Shown: piece after piece, positions 11,901-23,299 of the stretch | Numbering within the stretch: position 1 is the first letter of the stretch | Layout: each line of letters begins with the position of its first letter | DNA from: Amphiscolops sp. MND2022 | Lineage: Eukaryota | NCBI GenBank assembly: GCA_964187785.1 | Contig: OZ076409.1 | Span: 77,750,001-77,814,000 of the forward strand | DNA length: 64,000 bases | Direction of reading: 5' to 3' | Position numbers and translations under genes: made by a program | Notes under the pieces: generated by a model | Told to the model about the DNA's origin: nothing | Databases searched by the model: none | The model's input: only the letters and a program-made list of their open reading frames with translations

Positions 11901-13513
11901 ATTTGAATGGAATTTAAAATATTGATTTTATTTAAAATAACCATATCTACAACAATATAAATTATTGGGAATCTCCAAACCAAGAGCCTCTTTAAAACTT
12001 AATTACAACAAGTTTTTTTGAAAAGCAACAATCATAGGGCTCTAGGTTCAGCGTTGCTTAGCTGAAGTGGCCGATTTGAACGTAACGGTTGCTTAAAAGT
12101 TGCTTAAATGTGGTGGAAGAAGCGGGCCTATACCCAGGTTCGATGAAGAATTCAGTGACACTTTGTCATCCAGACGTAGGGCGAAAAATCAAAGCTTTGT
12201 ACGAGAATGGGTGACATATTGGAGTAGTAATGTACTGCAGTATTACCCTTGGAGAGTTCAAAATCTAGATTCAAAAAGACTATCAAGATGTGCCAGGGTT
12301 GATCAAATTATTATTTTTATTTATTTTGAACAGACAAATAGGATTTAAAATATTTTAATCCGGATTCGTGATTTAAATCATCTTCCCGACTTTAAAAAAA
12401 TCTGTGGTGGACCCCAGACGTCTTACCCCCCCCCCCCCACTTAGAGCTGCGGTGGAACAAAGTGGACAATTTGGCCGAGAGTTATCCAAAAAATGTTCAA
12501 AATTAAATTCAATTTAAATCAAATTTATTTAAAAGGTGTTTTTAAGAACTGTTTAGAACTTTAAAACAGAAGAGAAGCTCTCAGGTGATATCGCTGCTTG
12601 CTGTGAATCAAACAATACCGGTCAGCTTGGTAATTAGCGCTGGTTTGAACGGTGTGGTTTAACACCATTTTGATTTAAAACCTAAAATTTTCATTTAAAT
12701 TTTCTTTCAAAATACGTATTTTCCTTGTGATTCTTTCTTCACTGTATTTCGAAACTTAAATTGAGAGCAGTTTTGGCATATCATCTTTTATTTCAAAACT
12801 GGGTGGTAATTTACTTGATTCTCTAATATCACTAACTTAGAAAATTGTTATTACTGACTTAGTTTATTTAAAAGTAAGGTTAATTGGTCAAGTGCAAGAC
12901 GTTATTTCAATTATTTAATTGGTTGGTTACTTGAGTGAAAGGAGAAAACAAACTTCTGAAAACAAAGCAAGTTACGAGTAAAAGACAGAGTAAAGTAACG
13001 ATGTGTTTTGTCAATGATCTGGCTCCATTGATCATTCAATCTCCAAACACTAAAACGATCGCTTCCTTCAAAACATTGACAATCAGACTTTCAAAACGCA
13101 ATACACTATCAAAAATATACCTGAACATCAAAATACCTTAACGCAATACCATACGAAGTCTCAGAATGCTGATCTGCGCCGTTTGTGGGGAGGAACTGTA
13201 CAACTTCATTTGGTCGCTTGATGAGAACCACGCGATCTGCAGTGAGTGCCGCGATGCTTGGATCAAAGTCCTCGAGAGGCAAGTTTCACAACTTTGCTGA
13301 TTTTGAAATTTGTAGTTGAAGATGACAGTTTTTTCACTTCAAAATTTTCCCATATTATCACTGACCAATATCGAAAAGAACCCGACATTTCAACGATTTG
13401 TTTTTTGATGCTATGAAACTATTACTCTTCTGTTTTTCTTAGTGGGACTTAGTGGGACTCAGACCCCCTCTTTTTCACTCGGCCTTGGTGGGACGGGCAT
13501 TAGGTGGGACATA
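8944..13513 (+). repeat. Tandem duplication of a ~2.27-kb unit (8944-11211, 11212-13482) bounded by a 31-bp direct repeat
   Basis: ORF-track offsets of 2268 then 2271; about 8 substitutions plus a C10/C13 run difference seen; CCTTGGTGGGACGGGCATTAGGTGGGACATA at 8944, 11212, 13483. Confidence 0.95.
10895..11029 (+). CDS. 44-aa RING-like micro-ORF (MLICAVCGEELYNFIWSLDENHAICSECRDAWIKVLERQVSQLC); identical copy 13166-13300, diverged copy 53548-53661
   Basis: Translated by hand (below the track cutoff): C-x2-C..H-x2-C-x2-C-x3-W. Versus the 53548 copy: about 10 synonymous changes and an in-frame 3-nt indel. Confidence 0.5.
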   Translation: MLICAVCGEELYNFIWSLDENHAICSECRDAWIKVLERQVSQLC

Positions 13514-13783
13514 AAAGGTGGGACCTCCTATGAGGCGTAGTCAAAAGTGACTGAAAGTGGCTAAAGTTCGACCGAGTGCTTAATACTGGCACATTGGCTT
13601 CGTTTTCAGAAAAAACCAACAATGAGGAAAACGGAACTAGAAGCTTGATATAAAACAAACTTATTCATGATATTCAAAAATCATCCATATTGTGAGTTAC
13701 AGGCAAACGACCACTGACAGCATCATTTGGGTGAAGTGCCCTCTGTGTAGGAAAGAATCCCTACTGAAAGCTTGATCAAGCTT

Positions 13784-13875
13784 GATCGACCTGCATATTT
13801 GAGAGCCTGATCGACCTGCAGAAATGAGAGCTCGATCGACCTGCAGAAATGAGAGCTCGATCCACCTGCAGAAGA
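13784..13875 (+). repeat. 25-bp tandem repeat GATCGACCTGCAGAAATGAGAGCTC (~4 units); 3 units also at ~53889-53955
   Basis: Direct reading. Confidence 0.9.
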
Positions 13876-15129
13876 CCCTATAAAACTTTTTCAAATGAAC
13901 AAATTTAATTTATTTTTCAATTGTATATATTCTGTTATTGTATAAAAAAAGTTTTACTTTCATACTTTGTAATATTTCCCAGAACATATGGAAAGAAAAA
14001 AGACTTGCATTTTGAATTCTGACTGAAACTACATATAAACTGATATACAATTTGTACAGCAATAAAAAATGCAAAATTTTTTCTCAACGGGGAGGCGGAG
14101 TTTCTTAACAGGGGGGGGGTCGTTAAAAACATGGCTAAAACCATGCGGGCAAACATGGGTGAAAACCTAGAAAGGGGACATTTGGTACTTTTAAGGGTAC
14201 AATTCTGAACGGGGGGGCGTCTAATATCTTCGTTTGCATTTTCATTTTGATCGCTATTGCTAATTGTTTGAATTTTTTGCAGATTAATTGCAAGTTTGAA
14301 TCAAAAACACTTGGAAAGGATTGTTTCTATTTATATTTTCGGGGATTTAATAGCCATAGAGAGAGATGTCTTTGAGAGGGCAGTTATTTTGCCATGAACT
14401 ACGTTTTTACATCCCTTCCACTAATACCCCAAATCAAATGATGGTAAATTTATGTGACACTAGACTTGCATTTTTTTTAAAAGTTATTTTCAATAAAACG
14501 AAATGCTGAGCATTTTCCATTCTGATGCTTGGAAAAGATTTGCTTGTCAAGATTCTAAATTGCCGCTTTGGTTTAAAATTTGTGAAAATTTTGAGTTATT
14601 TTGAAAAATGAGAAATTTTTGAATTTGAATATTCACACCAATTTCAAAAGTTTGACCATTGCTCTCAAGTTATTTGTGAATCCACAATTTTCAATTTTAT
14701 TATTTTAGGCAATAGGGATACTTCAGAAACATAGAGAAACCAACTAATTAGGAGCAAACAAGTACTCAATTTCAATTTTCTACGTTAATCACAGCGCGTA
14801 CAAACATTGTGAAAATTTCGTTCAGTCCCTGCATGGTTCGTAAACGGATTTCCAATTTCTTCGTTTTCCTTGCAGTTGTCTGAATAGCAAGTAGCAAACA
14901 CCTTCAAAGCAAACACCAATTCGAATATAAAATTATCTCCACTATTGAATTATCTACATTTTCTATGATGACCAAATAGCAAAAGCGAACACAATTCAGT
15001 GAACAAGTTTAAACCTCAGGTTTTGTGAAACTCATTTCAGTTAATTGAAACAAATTCACAATTCCGAAACGAATTTAGTTTTATAAAATATTGGTTTTCT
15101 GAAATGAGTTTCACAGATCCTAAAAATTA

Positions 15130-15290
15130 ACTTGTCCCTAAATGAAATGTCCTTTGAAGATGAAATCAACTGTCATTTGTCAATGAATTTGTCATTAAAT
15201 GAAATGTCATTTGAAAATGAAATCCATTGTCATTCGTCAAGGAAACTGTCATAAAATGAATGTCATTAAATGAAAAGTCTTTAAATCTGT
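15130..15290. repeat. Degenerate (AAATGAAATGTCAT)-type minisatellite
   Basis: Repeated TGTCAT/AATGAA words. Confidence 0.7.
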
Positions 15291-15921
15291 CATCAAATTA
15301 AATTATAAATTGCCCTTATGTTATTTGGTCTACATTTGCGTGAAACAGATTTTTTTCAATTCTTATCAGAATAACCAGTCAGAATTGCGTTTCTGAAATT
15401 TTATTTACTTGGTTATATTGAATTTTATTCTGTTGATATTCTGTTCAACAGGTAAGAACGTTAAAATGGTAACTGTGATAAAGATGTTGCAATTGTTGAA
15501 ATTTGTATTGTCGAAGATTTCCGGGGAGGGGAATAATCGGTAGGGGTAAGAGGGCGATAAACGTTACAGGAAAATTAATTTCAAGTAACTACTACTTGAA
15601 TTTCAATATTTTAAGATACTTCGATCAATATATTACCAATATATCAAGATACGTCGACGAATTGAATACTACTACAGTAGTGATATTAGCAAAAGCAACA
15701 AAACATATAATATATAATTAAAATAGTATTATCAATAAAATATAATCTAAGAAATAGTAATAATACTATTATATTATCTAAGAATAAAAAATATTTAATA
15801 ATTTAATAATAATTATTTTTTAGGATGAAATATTTATAAACATATACTATAAGTATAAAAAACGGATGTTCGATACAGAGTGCTCAACTAATTTTTTCAC
15901 GAGGTTTCAGGAGTCAAGAGC

Positions 15922-16131
15922 ATGAGGGTCAAGCGAACGCCCCAGAAGAATTACAGTAGTTGTTTAATTTGCTTAGATGAATATAGATCAGTAGAATTAC
16001 AGAGTTTGCATGAAAAACATAGATTACATTTAGTATGTAGAGACTGTTTAGATACCCTTTTAGTTAGTTTTGTAAATGTACTTAAAAGTCCTTTATGTAG
16101 ATTACCTGTAGATAATGTTTTATATTCTTAG
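15922..16131 (+). CDS. 69-aa intronless RING-finger-like ORF (seventh Zn ligand Cys replaced by Ser)
   Basis: C14-x2-C17 ... H36-x2-C39-x2-C42 ... K-S56-P-L-C59-R, matching the canonical CPLCR end with C>S. Confidence 0.6.
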   Translation: MRVKRTPQKNYSSCLICLDEYRSVELQSLHEKHRLHLVCRDCLDTLLVSFVNVLKSPLCRLPVDNVLYS

Positions 16132-16519
16132 TTCTGTAAATTTTGTAGATTTTGTAAATTCATTGTACTATTTCGTTTACGGACAGTGGTGTTAAAAGAA
16201 AAAAATTTATCTCATTTTAACGAAAATACTCATTGGCGAATGCGACAGCCAATCAAATGTGAGCAAAATTTTTTTGTGTTACAAGTTTTAAAAAAATTGA
16301 AATGAAATTGAGACATGTTATAACAAACATATTATTAAAAAATTGTTATAACATGGGCCAATCAGATGCAAATACAAACGAAATGTTATCCAGTTAATGA
16401 GGGATGTTGCGATTTGTTCGGACTTTTACCCTTCCCCATTTTTGCTGAATTTGCATTTTCATAATGAACAGAATTAATAACAGAATTGAACAGTGAGTGT
16501 GAATAAAAGAATTCAGCGT

Positions 16520-16828
16520 CAGGGGCTGTCAAAAATTAATTGGAGAAAAATCAATTGCATATAATTGCAATCATTTAATTGATTGCAGACTTCCAGCAAT
16601 TGCAATTAATTTCCGCCAAAATATGACACCTATGAACTTAGAAAGGTAGCTGTTCTTGAAAACAAACAAAAATTTTGGGACGAAGAACTTGTTTCAAAAT
16701 GCTGTGCATAACAACGATTAATTGCAATTAATTGCAACTAAAGGATTTATTTTTTCTAAAATTAAATTAATTGATTGCAATCTTTGATAATTGATTGTTT
16801 CCCAAAAATTAATTTTTGACAACCCCTG
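16520..16828. mobile_element. 309-bp hAT-type MITE
   Basis: TIR CAGGGGCTGTCAAAAATTAATT / AATTAATTTTTGACAACCCCTG; 8-bp TSD TTCAGCGT / TTGAGCGT (7/8). Confidence 0.9.
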
Positions 16829-17992
16829 TTGAGCGTCCCATTTTACATGTATCAGCAGTTTTCACAACAAATGTACATACAAATTTGCGTCTACCATTTT
16901 CACGGGCCTTGCCGTCTTCGAGATAACTGTGATTATTCATACGTTTATATTGTGAAAAATAATTGTAAAAGTTGGCATTTAATTGATTTTAATACCACTG
17001 TTTGAGACCCTTCAGAGGCCACGTTCTCGGCGTGGGTCTTGTTATGGGCGACACTATGTGATCCCCTAACTGAGAACCTCTTTAAAATCACAGAATACTG
17101 GGCTAGCGTGACTATATGTTGTGATTTCTGATCACAACATTAACAAAGGCCCGACATTTTTGAAAAGATGTTTTTGTTGAATTCAGTAGTAAAGCCGAAA
17201 TCTAAACGATCCAGCTTAGATGGCATGAACTTGCATTTCAGGCTCCCCTCCAACACCAGCTACTCTCTGGCTACTATTGATTCAATCTATTTTAATTGGT
17301 GATTGGAGAAACGTTAAATAATAATAAAAATGATAATAATAAATAAATACCGTACATGTATAACAGTAGTAAGGTAAGCGAACCATTCTCATCATACAGC
17401 GTTTCTTTTATAAATAGTTTCAATCTTCTACAAAATGGGGACAGGTGCTCAGATATCTAGAGATAGGCGACAGCAGATACTTACTTGATGAATCTGGACT
17501 TCATGGAGCAAGTCTCTTATTCTGCCCCGGTGGAGCATCAGAGTGTTTAACTTCGGTGATCTAACGAGCGCATGCTGTTGCTCTGAGCCATAGTCCCCTA
17601 TTTACGATAAATTAACTTGAATATATATATACGCAATACATGTAAATACTCCACGCCGCGTTCCATCAAATTTCGTTTGTTTTAGCTTAACCATACTGTC
17701 ATAAACAAAAATACAGTATATGGAATTTGTTTTTTTTATGCTAAATGAATTCAATTTCATATTGTAAATGGTAAGTGGGACTAATTTTGTTGTGTTGAGA
17801 ACTGAACTGATAAAGAAACTCAATGTGATTGAGCCTGAAAAAAGGCTTTTATATCGAGCATGAAAAGCAGGCCTTATTTTCACCTCAAACAAAATTTTTT
17901 GATGGCAAAGTTAAACTCTTTTTCGCAAAATAAAAATATTGGCACAGAGACGCAACATGTTTGATATCCCAAAGTGTTTGCAATCAATATCA

Positions 17993-18182
17993 ATCACATT
18001 GCGTTTCTTTTACATCATACTTCTAGTGAAACAATAGAAAAGAAATATCTATCACATTGCGTTTCTTTTAGATAATACGCCTAGTGAAACAATACAAATC
18101 AAATATCTATCACATTGCGTTTCTTTTAGATCATACTTCTAGTGAAACAATACACATCTAATCTCAATCATATTGCGTTTCT
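17993..18182 (-). repeat. 58-bp tandem array (3+ units) containing ATCACATTGCGTTTCTTT
   Basis: Unit starts 17993, 18051, 18109, 18167; related units at 3852-3932. Confidence 0.9.
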
Positions 18183-19361
18183 CTCTCTACATTAACTCAA
18201 ACAATATCCCACCTTTTATGTCCCACCAAATGACCGTCCCACCAAGGCATAGTAGAAAAGGGTCTATGTCCCACTAAGTCTGGTTTCCTCAACACAATCC
18301 ACTAAGTATTTCCTACCACCAAAAGAAATTCCTTTGAAACGAAAAATTACCAAAACAACAAAAATTAGATTTCCATTGATTGAACGTTGGCCCCAAGTGT
18401 TAAATAGACCACTTTTTCACTTATTTTAGGCCTTGGGGACGAGAATTAGGTGAGACAGGTGGGACCTCCCAGATTGGCCATTATTGAGCAGTTCCAAAAT
18501 TGGGGATATGATTGTTAGAGCATGCTTAAGAACTTCATAGTCTACTCTATGTTGACTAAAAGGACTGTCATCTATCCCCGCCAAACTGCGGCGGGGGATA
18601 AGACCAAAGGTTCAAATAGCAGGTACACCAACCAACACGAAAGCACATTTTCTTCTGGAAAAAAAAATATTTAACTAATAAGAGAATATTATACTTATAC
18701 TTAGATTATACTTAGAGGATTGTCTCTACAACTGGTTGGACACTTCAGGTAAAAATTCCATAATGTTTTGATAATATTGTCCAAAATTGCAAAAGTTCAC
18801 GCATGGAACAAGATACAGTAATTGAAATTGAGTTTTTATGTTATTTGCTCTTTGGAAATTCACGTTTATCTGGACAATTAGAAATTTGAATAAGTTTAAT
18901 CAAAAAAATAACTAACCAACAAAAAAACGAGTTAGGTCACCTGTCGGTTAGGCTTTGTATGACATATTAAGAAAGAGAGCTGAAGAAACAAGATAAAAGT
19001 AATTCCAGGAATCCTCGAAACTCTTCAAAGTAATCTGTAAGCTATGCTTGAAACCATTTCCGACAAAAGGTTTGAGATACTTGGACTTGGAACGACTTTA
19101 AATTCAGAGGAATTAGGGGGAAAATAAGTGGGGGCGTTCCATTATTCCGAAGCATCATTATTCCGAAAATATTGATTAGAATAAAACTTCCGAAAATAAA
19201 CAAAATTGTAACAAATGCCGGAAATAAGTTCATCAAAACTGAATTTCAACTCAAATCGGTATCACAAAATTTACAGTACATGTGTTTGCGAATATTCATA
19301 GCCACAGCGTGCTAAATTAGCACTGCTAATTAAAGAAGTCACTGTGCCAACTAAGGGCATT

Positions 19362-19512
19362 GACAGTTCGGGGAAGGTGCGAATTTGTTTAAGCAAAAGT
19401 TGTGGTGTTATGCTCGGCTGCTATAATGCGAAGCGACTCGCTTCGCATTATAGCAGCCGAGCATAACGTCACAACTTTTGCTCAAACAAATTCGCACCTT
19501 CCCCGAACTGTC
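19362..19512. repeat. 151-bp near-perfect palindrome (75-bp arms, 1-nt loop)
   Basis: GACAGTTCGGGG...GCGAAGCGA-C-TCGCTTCGC...CCCCGAACTGTC; 3 mismatches between the arms. Confidence 0.95.
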
Positions 19513-20140
19513 GCTTCAAGCGACCGAGCCATACTACAAGTTTGCTAACCTTCCAAAGAAATCAAGTTCCATGGATATTAGCTGTAACAGCACTAAAAGC
19601 TAATTTGATTTTCTGCTGTATTTGAATCCTGCTGTATGGGACCAAATTTTCATTTTCTGCTGCTCCCACACGGCACGTTGTTAAACATTACGTTGTATAA
19701 CTAGTTAAAAACTGTAGTTAACCGGTATAACTGTAGTAAACGCAAAGTTACAAAAATATGCTAAGTACACTTTTAAAAGTAGGAAATGCTAAAAGGAATA
19801 GATTTCAACCAAAATCAATTAATTGATGAATAGAAACTCACAAATTACTTATCCATTAATCAAAATACATCAATTAATTCAGTAGATTTGTGGGAATTAA
19901 TTGAGCATAAAACTTGCCAAAACAAGAGTGGATAAAGCGGTCAAAATTTAAAAAACAAATTTAAAAATTTCAAAATAGATGTGAACTACATGAAATTCTA
20001 AAAAACTTTTTTCTGATGTTTTTCAAAATCTTTGACCGATTTCGAGAACATCGAGCCTGAAATCGCCCGCGGGACGTTTTCCTAATCACGGTATTGTTTT
20101 GTTCGCTAACGAGAAGCCAGCAATAAGCGCTCTGATTGGT

Positions 20141-20324
20141 TGAAAATAGCAACGCGGAGTGATTTGAGGGAATAATAGCAATGAAATAGCAACGCGATGT
20201 GATTTCGAGTAATTCCAGTGAAATAGCAACGCGATGTGACTTCGGTTAACTCTAAGTGGAATAGCAACGCGATGTGTTTTCGAGCAACTCCAAGTGGAAT
20301 AGCAACTTGATGTGATTTCGAGTA
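20141..20324 (+). repeat. 37-bp-family tandem array (5 units; a 6th unit displaced to ~20717)
   Basis: Same core as 501-640; preceded by CTGATTGGTT. Confidence 0.9.
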
Positions 20325-20708
20325 CAGTAGTGTTCTAAAGTATCGCAACTCCATTTCTTAAAATTGCGAGTTTCAAATCCAAATATCTTTGAGACTGTCA
20401 CAAATACAAAAAACTGTCAGCTACAAAAGTTTCTTAGAATTTTATTTAGTTTACAAAATTGTTTGTTTGAAATTTCTGCGACGAAAATTACGAAACTTAG
20501 AAATTGGAATTTTTGAGAAAATTTCATCGAATTTCCACATTTTCTTGGTTTTCACGAAGTTGAAAAAATTGTTTTGAAAAATTTTCAGTTGATCATTTGC
20601 CCCCAAATGTCCTGAGGATGCTGATATGATTTGATTGAAAAAATTTTTTGATATCAAATAAAAATCATCAATTTTCTAAATGCAATTCTTATAGCCTATC
20701 TTTAATTG
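20325..20708 (+). mobile_element. 384-bp insertion of the CAGTAG.. MITE family into the 37-bp array, with TA duplication
   Basis: Empty site in the paralog (~56451): GAGTAATTTCAATGAAA. Here: GAGTA[CAGTAG...AATTG]TAATTTCAATGAAA. Confidence 0.75.
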
Positions 20709-20778
20709 TAATTTCAATGAAAGAGCAACGCCGTGTGATTTCGATTTTTGTCAAATGTCAACGCCACTTTTCTCCGTG

Positions 20779-21470
20779 AAATTACTTTGTAAATGCGCGA
20801 AATTTCGCTAATGCATTTATGATATCTTCATTCTGCAGCCTTTCTGAAAATGATAGCATTTATTCCAAAAAATAAACTGAAATAATTTAAATTAGGACCT
20901 TGAAATCGTTGTTGAGTATTTCTTTTGTTTCATTTTACTCTTTTGCGTAAAGGGGGGGGGGTGGTTTTGTGAACAGATGAATGAATTACTTTGTAAATGC
21001 GCGAAATTTCGCTAATGCATTTATGATATCTCCATTCTGCAGCCTTTCTGAAAATGATGGCATTTATTCCAAAAAATAAACTGAAATAATTTTAATTAGG
21101 ACCTTGAAATCGTTGTTGAGTATTTCTTTTGTTCCAGTTTACTCTTTTGCGTGAAGGGGGGGTGGTTTTGTGAATAGATGAATGAATTACTTTGTAAATG
21201 CGCGAAATTTCGCTAATGCATTTATGATATCTTCATTCTGCAGCCTTTCTGAAAATGATAGCATTTATTCCAAAAAATAAACTGAAATAATTTAAATTAG
21301 GACCTTGAAATCGTTGTTGAGTAATTCGTTTGTTTCATTTTACTCTTTTGCGTGGGGGGGAGGGGTGGTTTTGTGAATAAGTGAATAAATTACTTGGTAA
21401 ATGCGAGAAATTTCGCTAATGCATATATGATATCTCCATTCTGAAGCCTTTTTAAAAATGATAGAATTGA
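20779..21470 (+). repeat. ~203-bp tandem repeat (~3.4 units); ~1.4 units at ~56850-57120
   Basis: ATTACTTTGTAAATGCG at 20781, 20985, 21186, 21389. Confidence 0.95.
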
Positions 21471-21489
21471 TTTTCAAAAACTGTTCGAA

Positions 21490-22108
21490 ACTTGGAGTTG
21501 GTGGGACAAGCATTGTTGGTGCATACCCTGTCGGTCACATCATGAATGAATCATAGTAATGTGGTGTTAGAAAGAAGCAACATGAACGTTTAAAGAGGTC
21601 AATGACCAAAAGAAAAATATCATACTTGGTGGGACTTACACCGACAGAAACGACTTGACAATCCGAGGTCGGCGTTCGTTCTTTTTCAAAAACCCATCAC
21701 TTGGTGGGACATACACTCGACATGTCGTCGACCAATCAGAAGCCGATGTTAACAACCCGCGTTGGTGGGACTTACACACAGCATTCTCGCCAACGAATCA
21801 GAGGCCGAAACGCATGGGGCCATTTCACGCATTGTTGGTGGGACATACACACAATCCGTTTAACCAATCAAAAACGCCGATTTCATCGATGACAACTTTT
21901 GGCCGCTTGTCGGCGCTGTAAAAATGTGTAGGTGTGGAGTGTGAGGCACTTGGTGGAACATTTTCTCAAATGGTTTCTTTGTCAATTTTAGGCGTTTTGT
22001 ACTATGTGTAAAATGGCGTCCCACTTATTATGTCCCACTTTGTGTCCGTCCCACCAAGGCCTAGTAAAAAGTGGGGTCTATGTCCCACCAACTCTGGTTT
22101 CGTACACA
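21490..22108. mobile_element. ~0.6-kb GGTGGGAC-rich non-autonomous element with CCAATCA motifs; paralog 57140-57727
   Basis: Five forward GGTGGGAC then an inverted GTCCCAC cluster; high similarity to the 57-kb copy. Confidence 0.75.
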
Positions 22109-22193
22109 CATCAGTACGAATTCGCTTCTGGTTCTTTTGATTTGGTCCAGCAACGTCTTTCATCACGCCTGCCGTGTGACGGGACCAAGGGGG

Positions 22194-22557
22194 ATGCTAT
22201 TCCCGCATGAGATAATGGCCCTGATGTTTTCCTTTCTCAGCTTTTCTGATGTTCCTCCGCCTTGTGTTGCACTCATGGGAGCTGGGGAGACACTGAGTAC
22301 TGGATTACAATTTTCTTTACCAAGGATGAAGCAGCTCTCTATTGTTTGGCTTCACCTTTGGACATAAGGAGCTGGAAAGCATTTTGGCACCTCCTACAGC
22401 GAAGATACTTGCGGGACACGACTTCCGTAGCATCCTTGAATTCCCTTTGACGGAATTGAGAACAGTTCTTGATCAAAAATGGTTGCAGTCGCTTCCCATT
22501 TTGCATAAGGAAAGACTTTGTATCCATTTATACCACAATTATTCCGTAACCTATTAA
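22194..22557 (+). pseudogene. Frameshifted F-box-like gene fragment
   Basis: MLFPHEIMALMFSFLSFSDV resembles the F-box consensus LPxEIlxxIfsfLsxxDl; the continuation needs frameshifts. Confidence 0.4.
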
Positions 22558-23299
22558 CTTTCAAATTGGTGTCCTTAGAGTGCGTGCTCAGTCTTGAATG
22601 TACCCTCGCCGGAGTGTCATCCATCATTGAGTGGCTTTGGGATCGTTTCCGGGAACATTTGACACGAGTTTGACGCCTTCCTGTGTACCAGTTCCACATG
22701 AGAGATGTAATTTTCTGCAACTTCCTTTACCTTCTAACTGTATTTTGTAACCATTTCATTTCGTTTCAACCGAATACTCTCGATCAGTGTTTCCGCCTTG
22801 ATCCTTGATGCAGCATACCACGCCAGACACTTTATAATTAGCTGCGTCCTTGACAACTGTTAGGTTTCTTTGTTTCATAAGTGTTGTTGATGTTCACCAA
22901 AAGTCACTATGAACAGTATTTTCGACGAAAAAACCTAACATAGACTTTTTTACTTTTACAAATGTCGTTTTGTTACAAAAGTTTTATATTCGACTCAATT
23001 AGATTGAAACATCTTCCATTTTTCAGTTTTCTTGCATTCTAAATCACGCTTCAATCGCTGGGAAAGGAATATAATTGTCAGTACACAATCTGTGTAACGA
23101 CATGTAACATATTGGGTGTTTTCTGTATGGTGTCGTATATGCGTCACACCTCGATCCGCAAAGTGGCGTTTATACATTTCCATTTTTCAATCCGCATAGT
23201 GGTCAGTCCTTGATTCGCATTGTGACGTATACGCCTCAGACCTCGATCAGCATAGTGACGTATAGTCCATTTACGCTAAGATGTATATTAATGAGTAAT

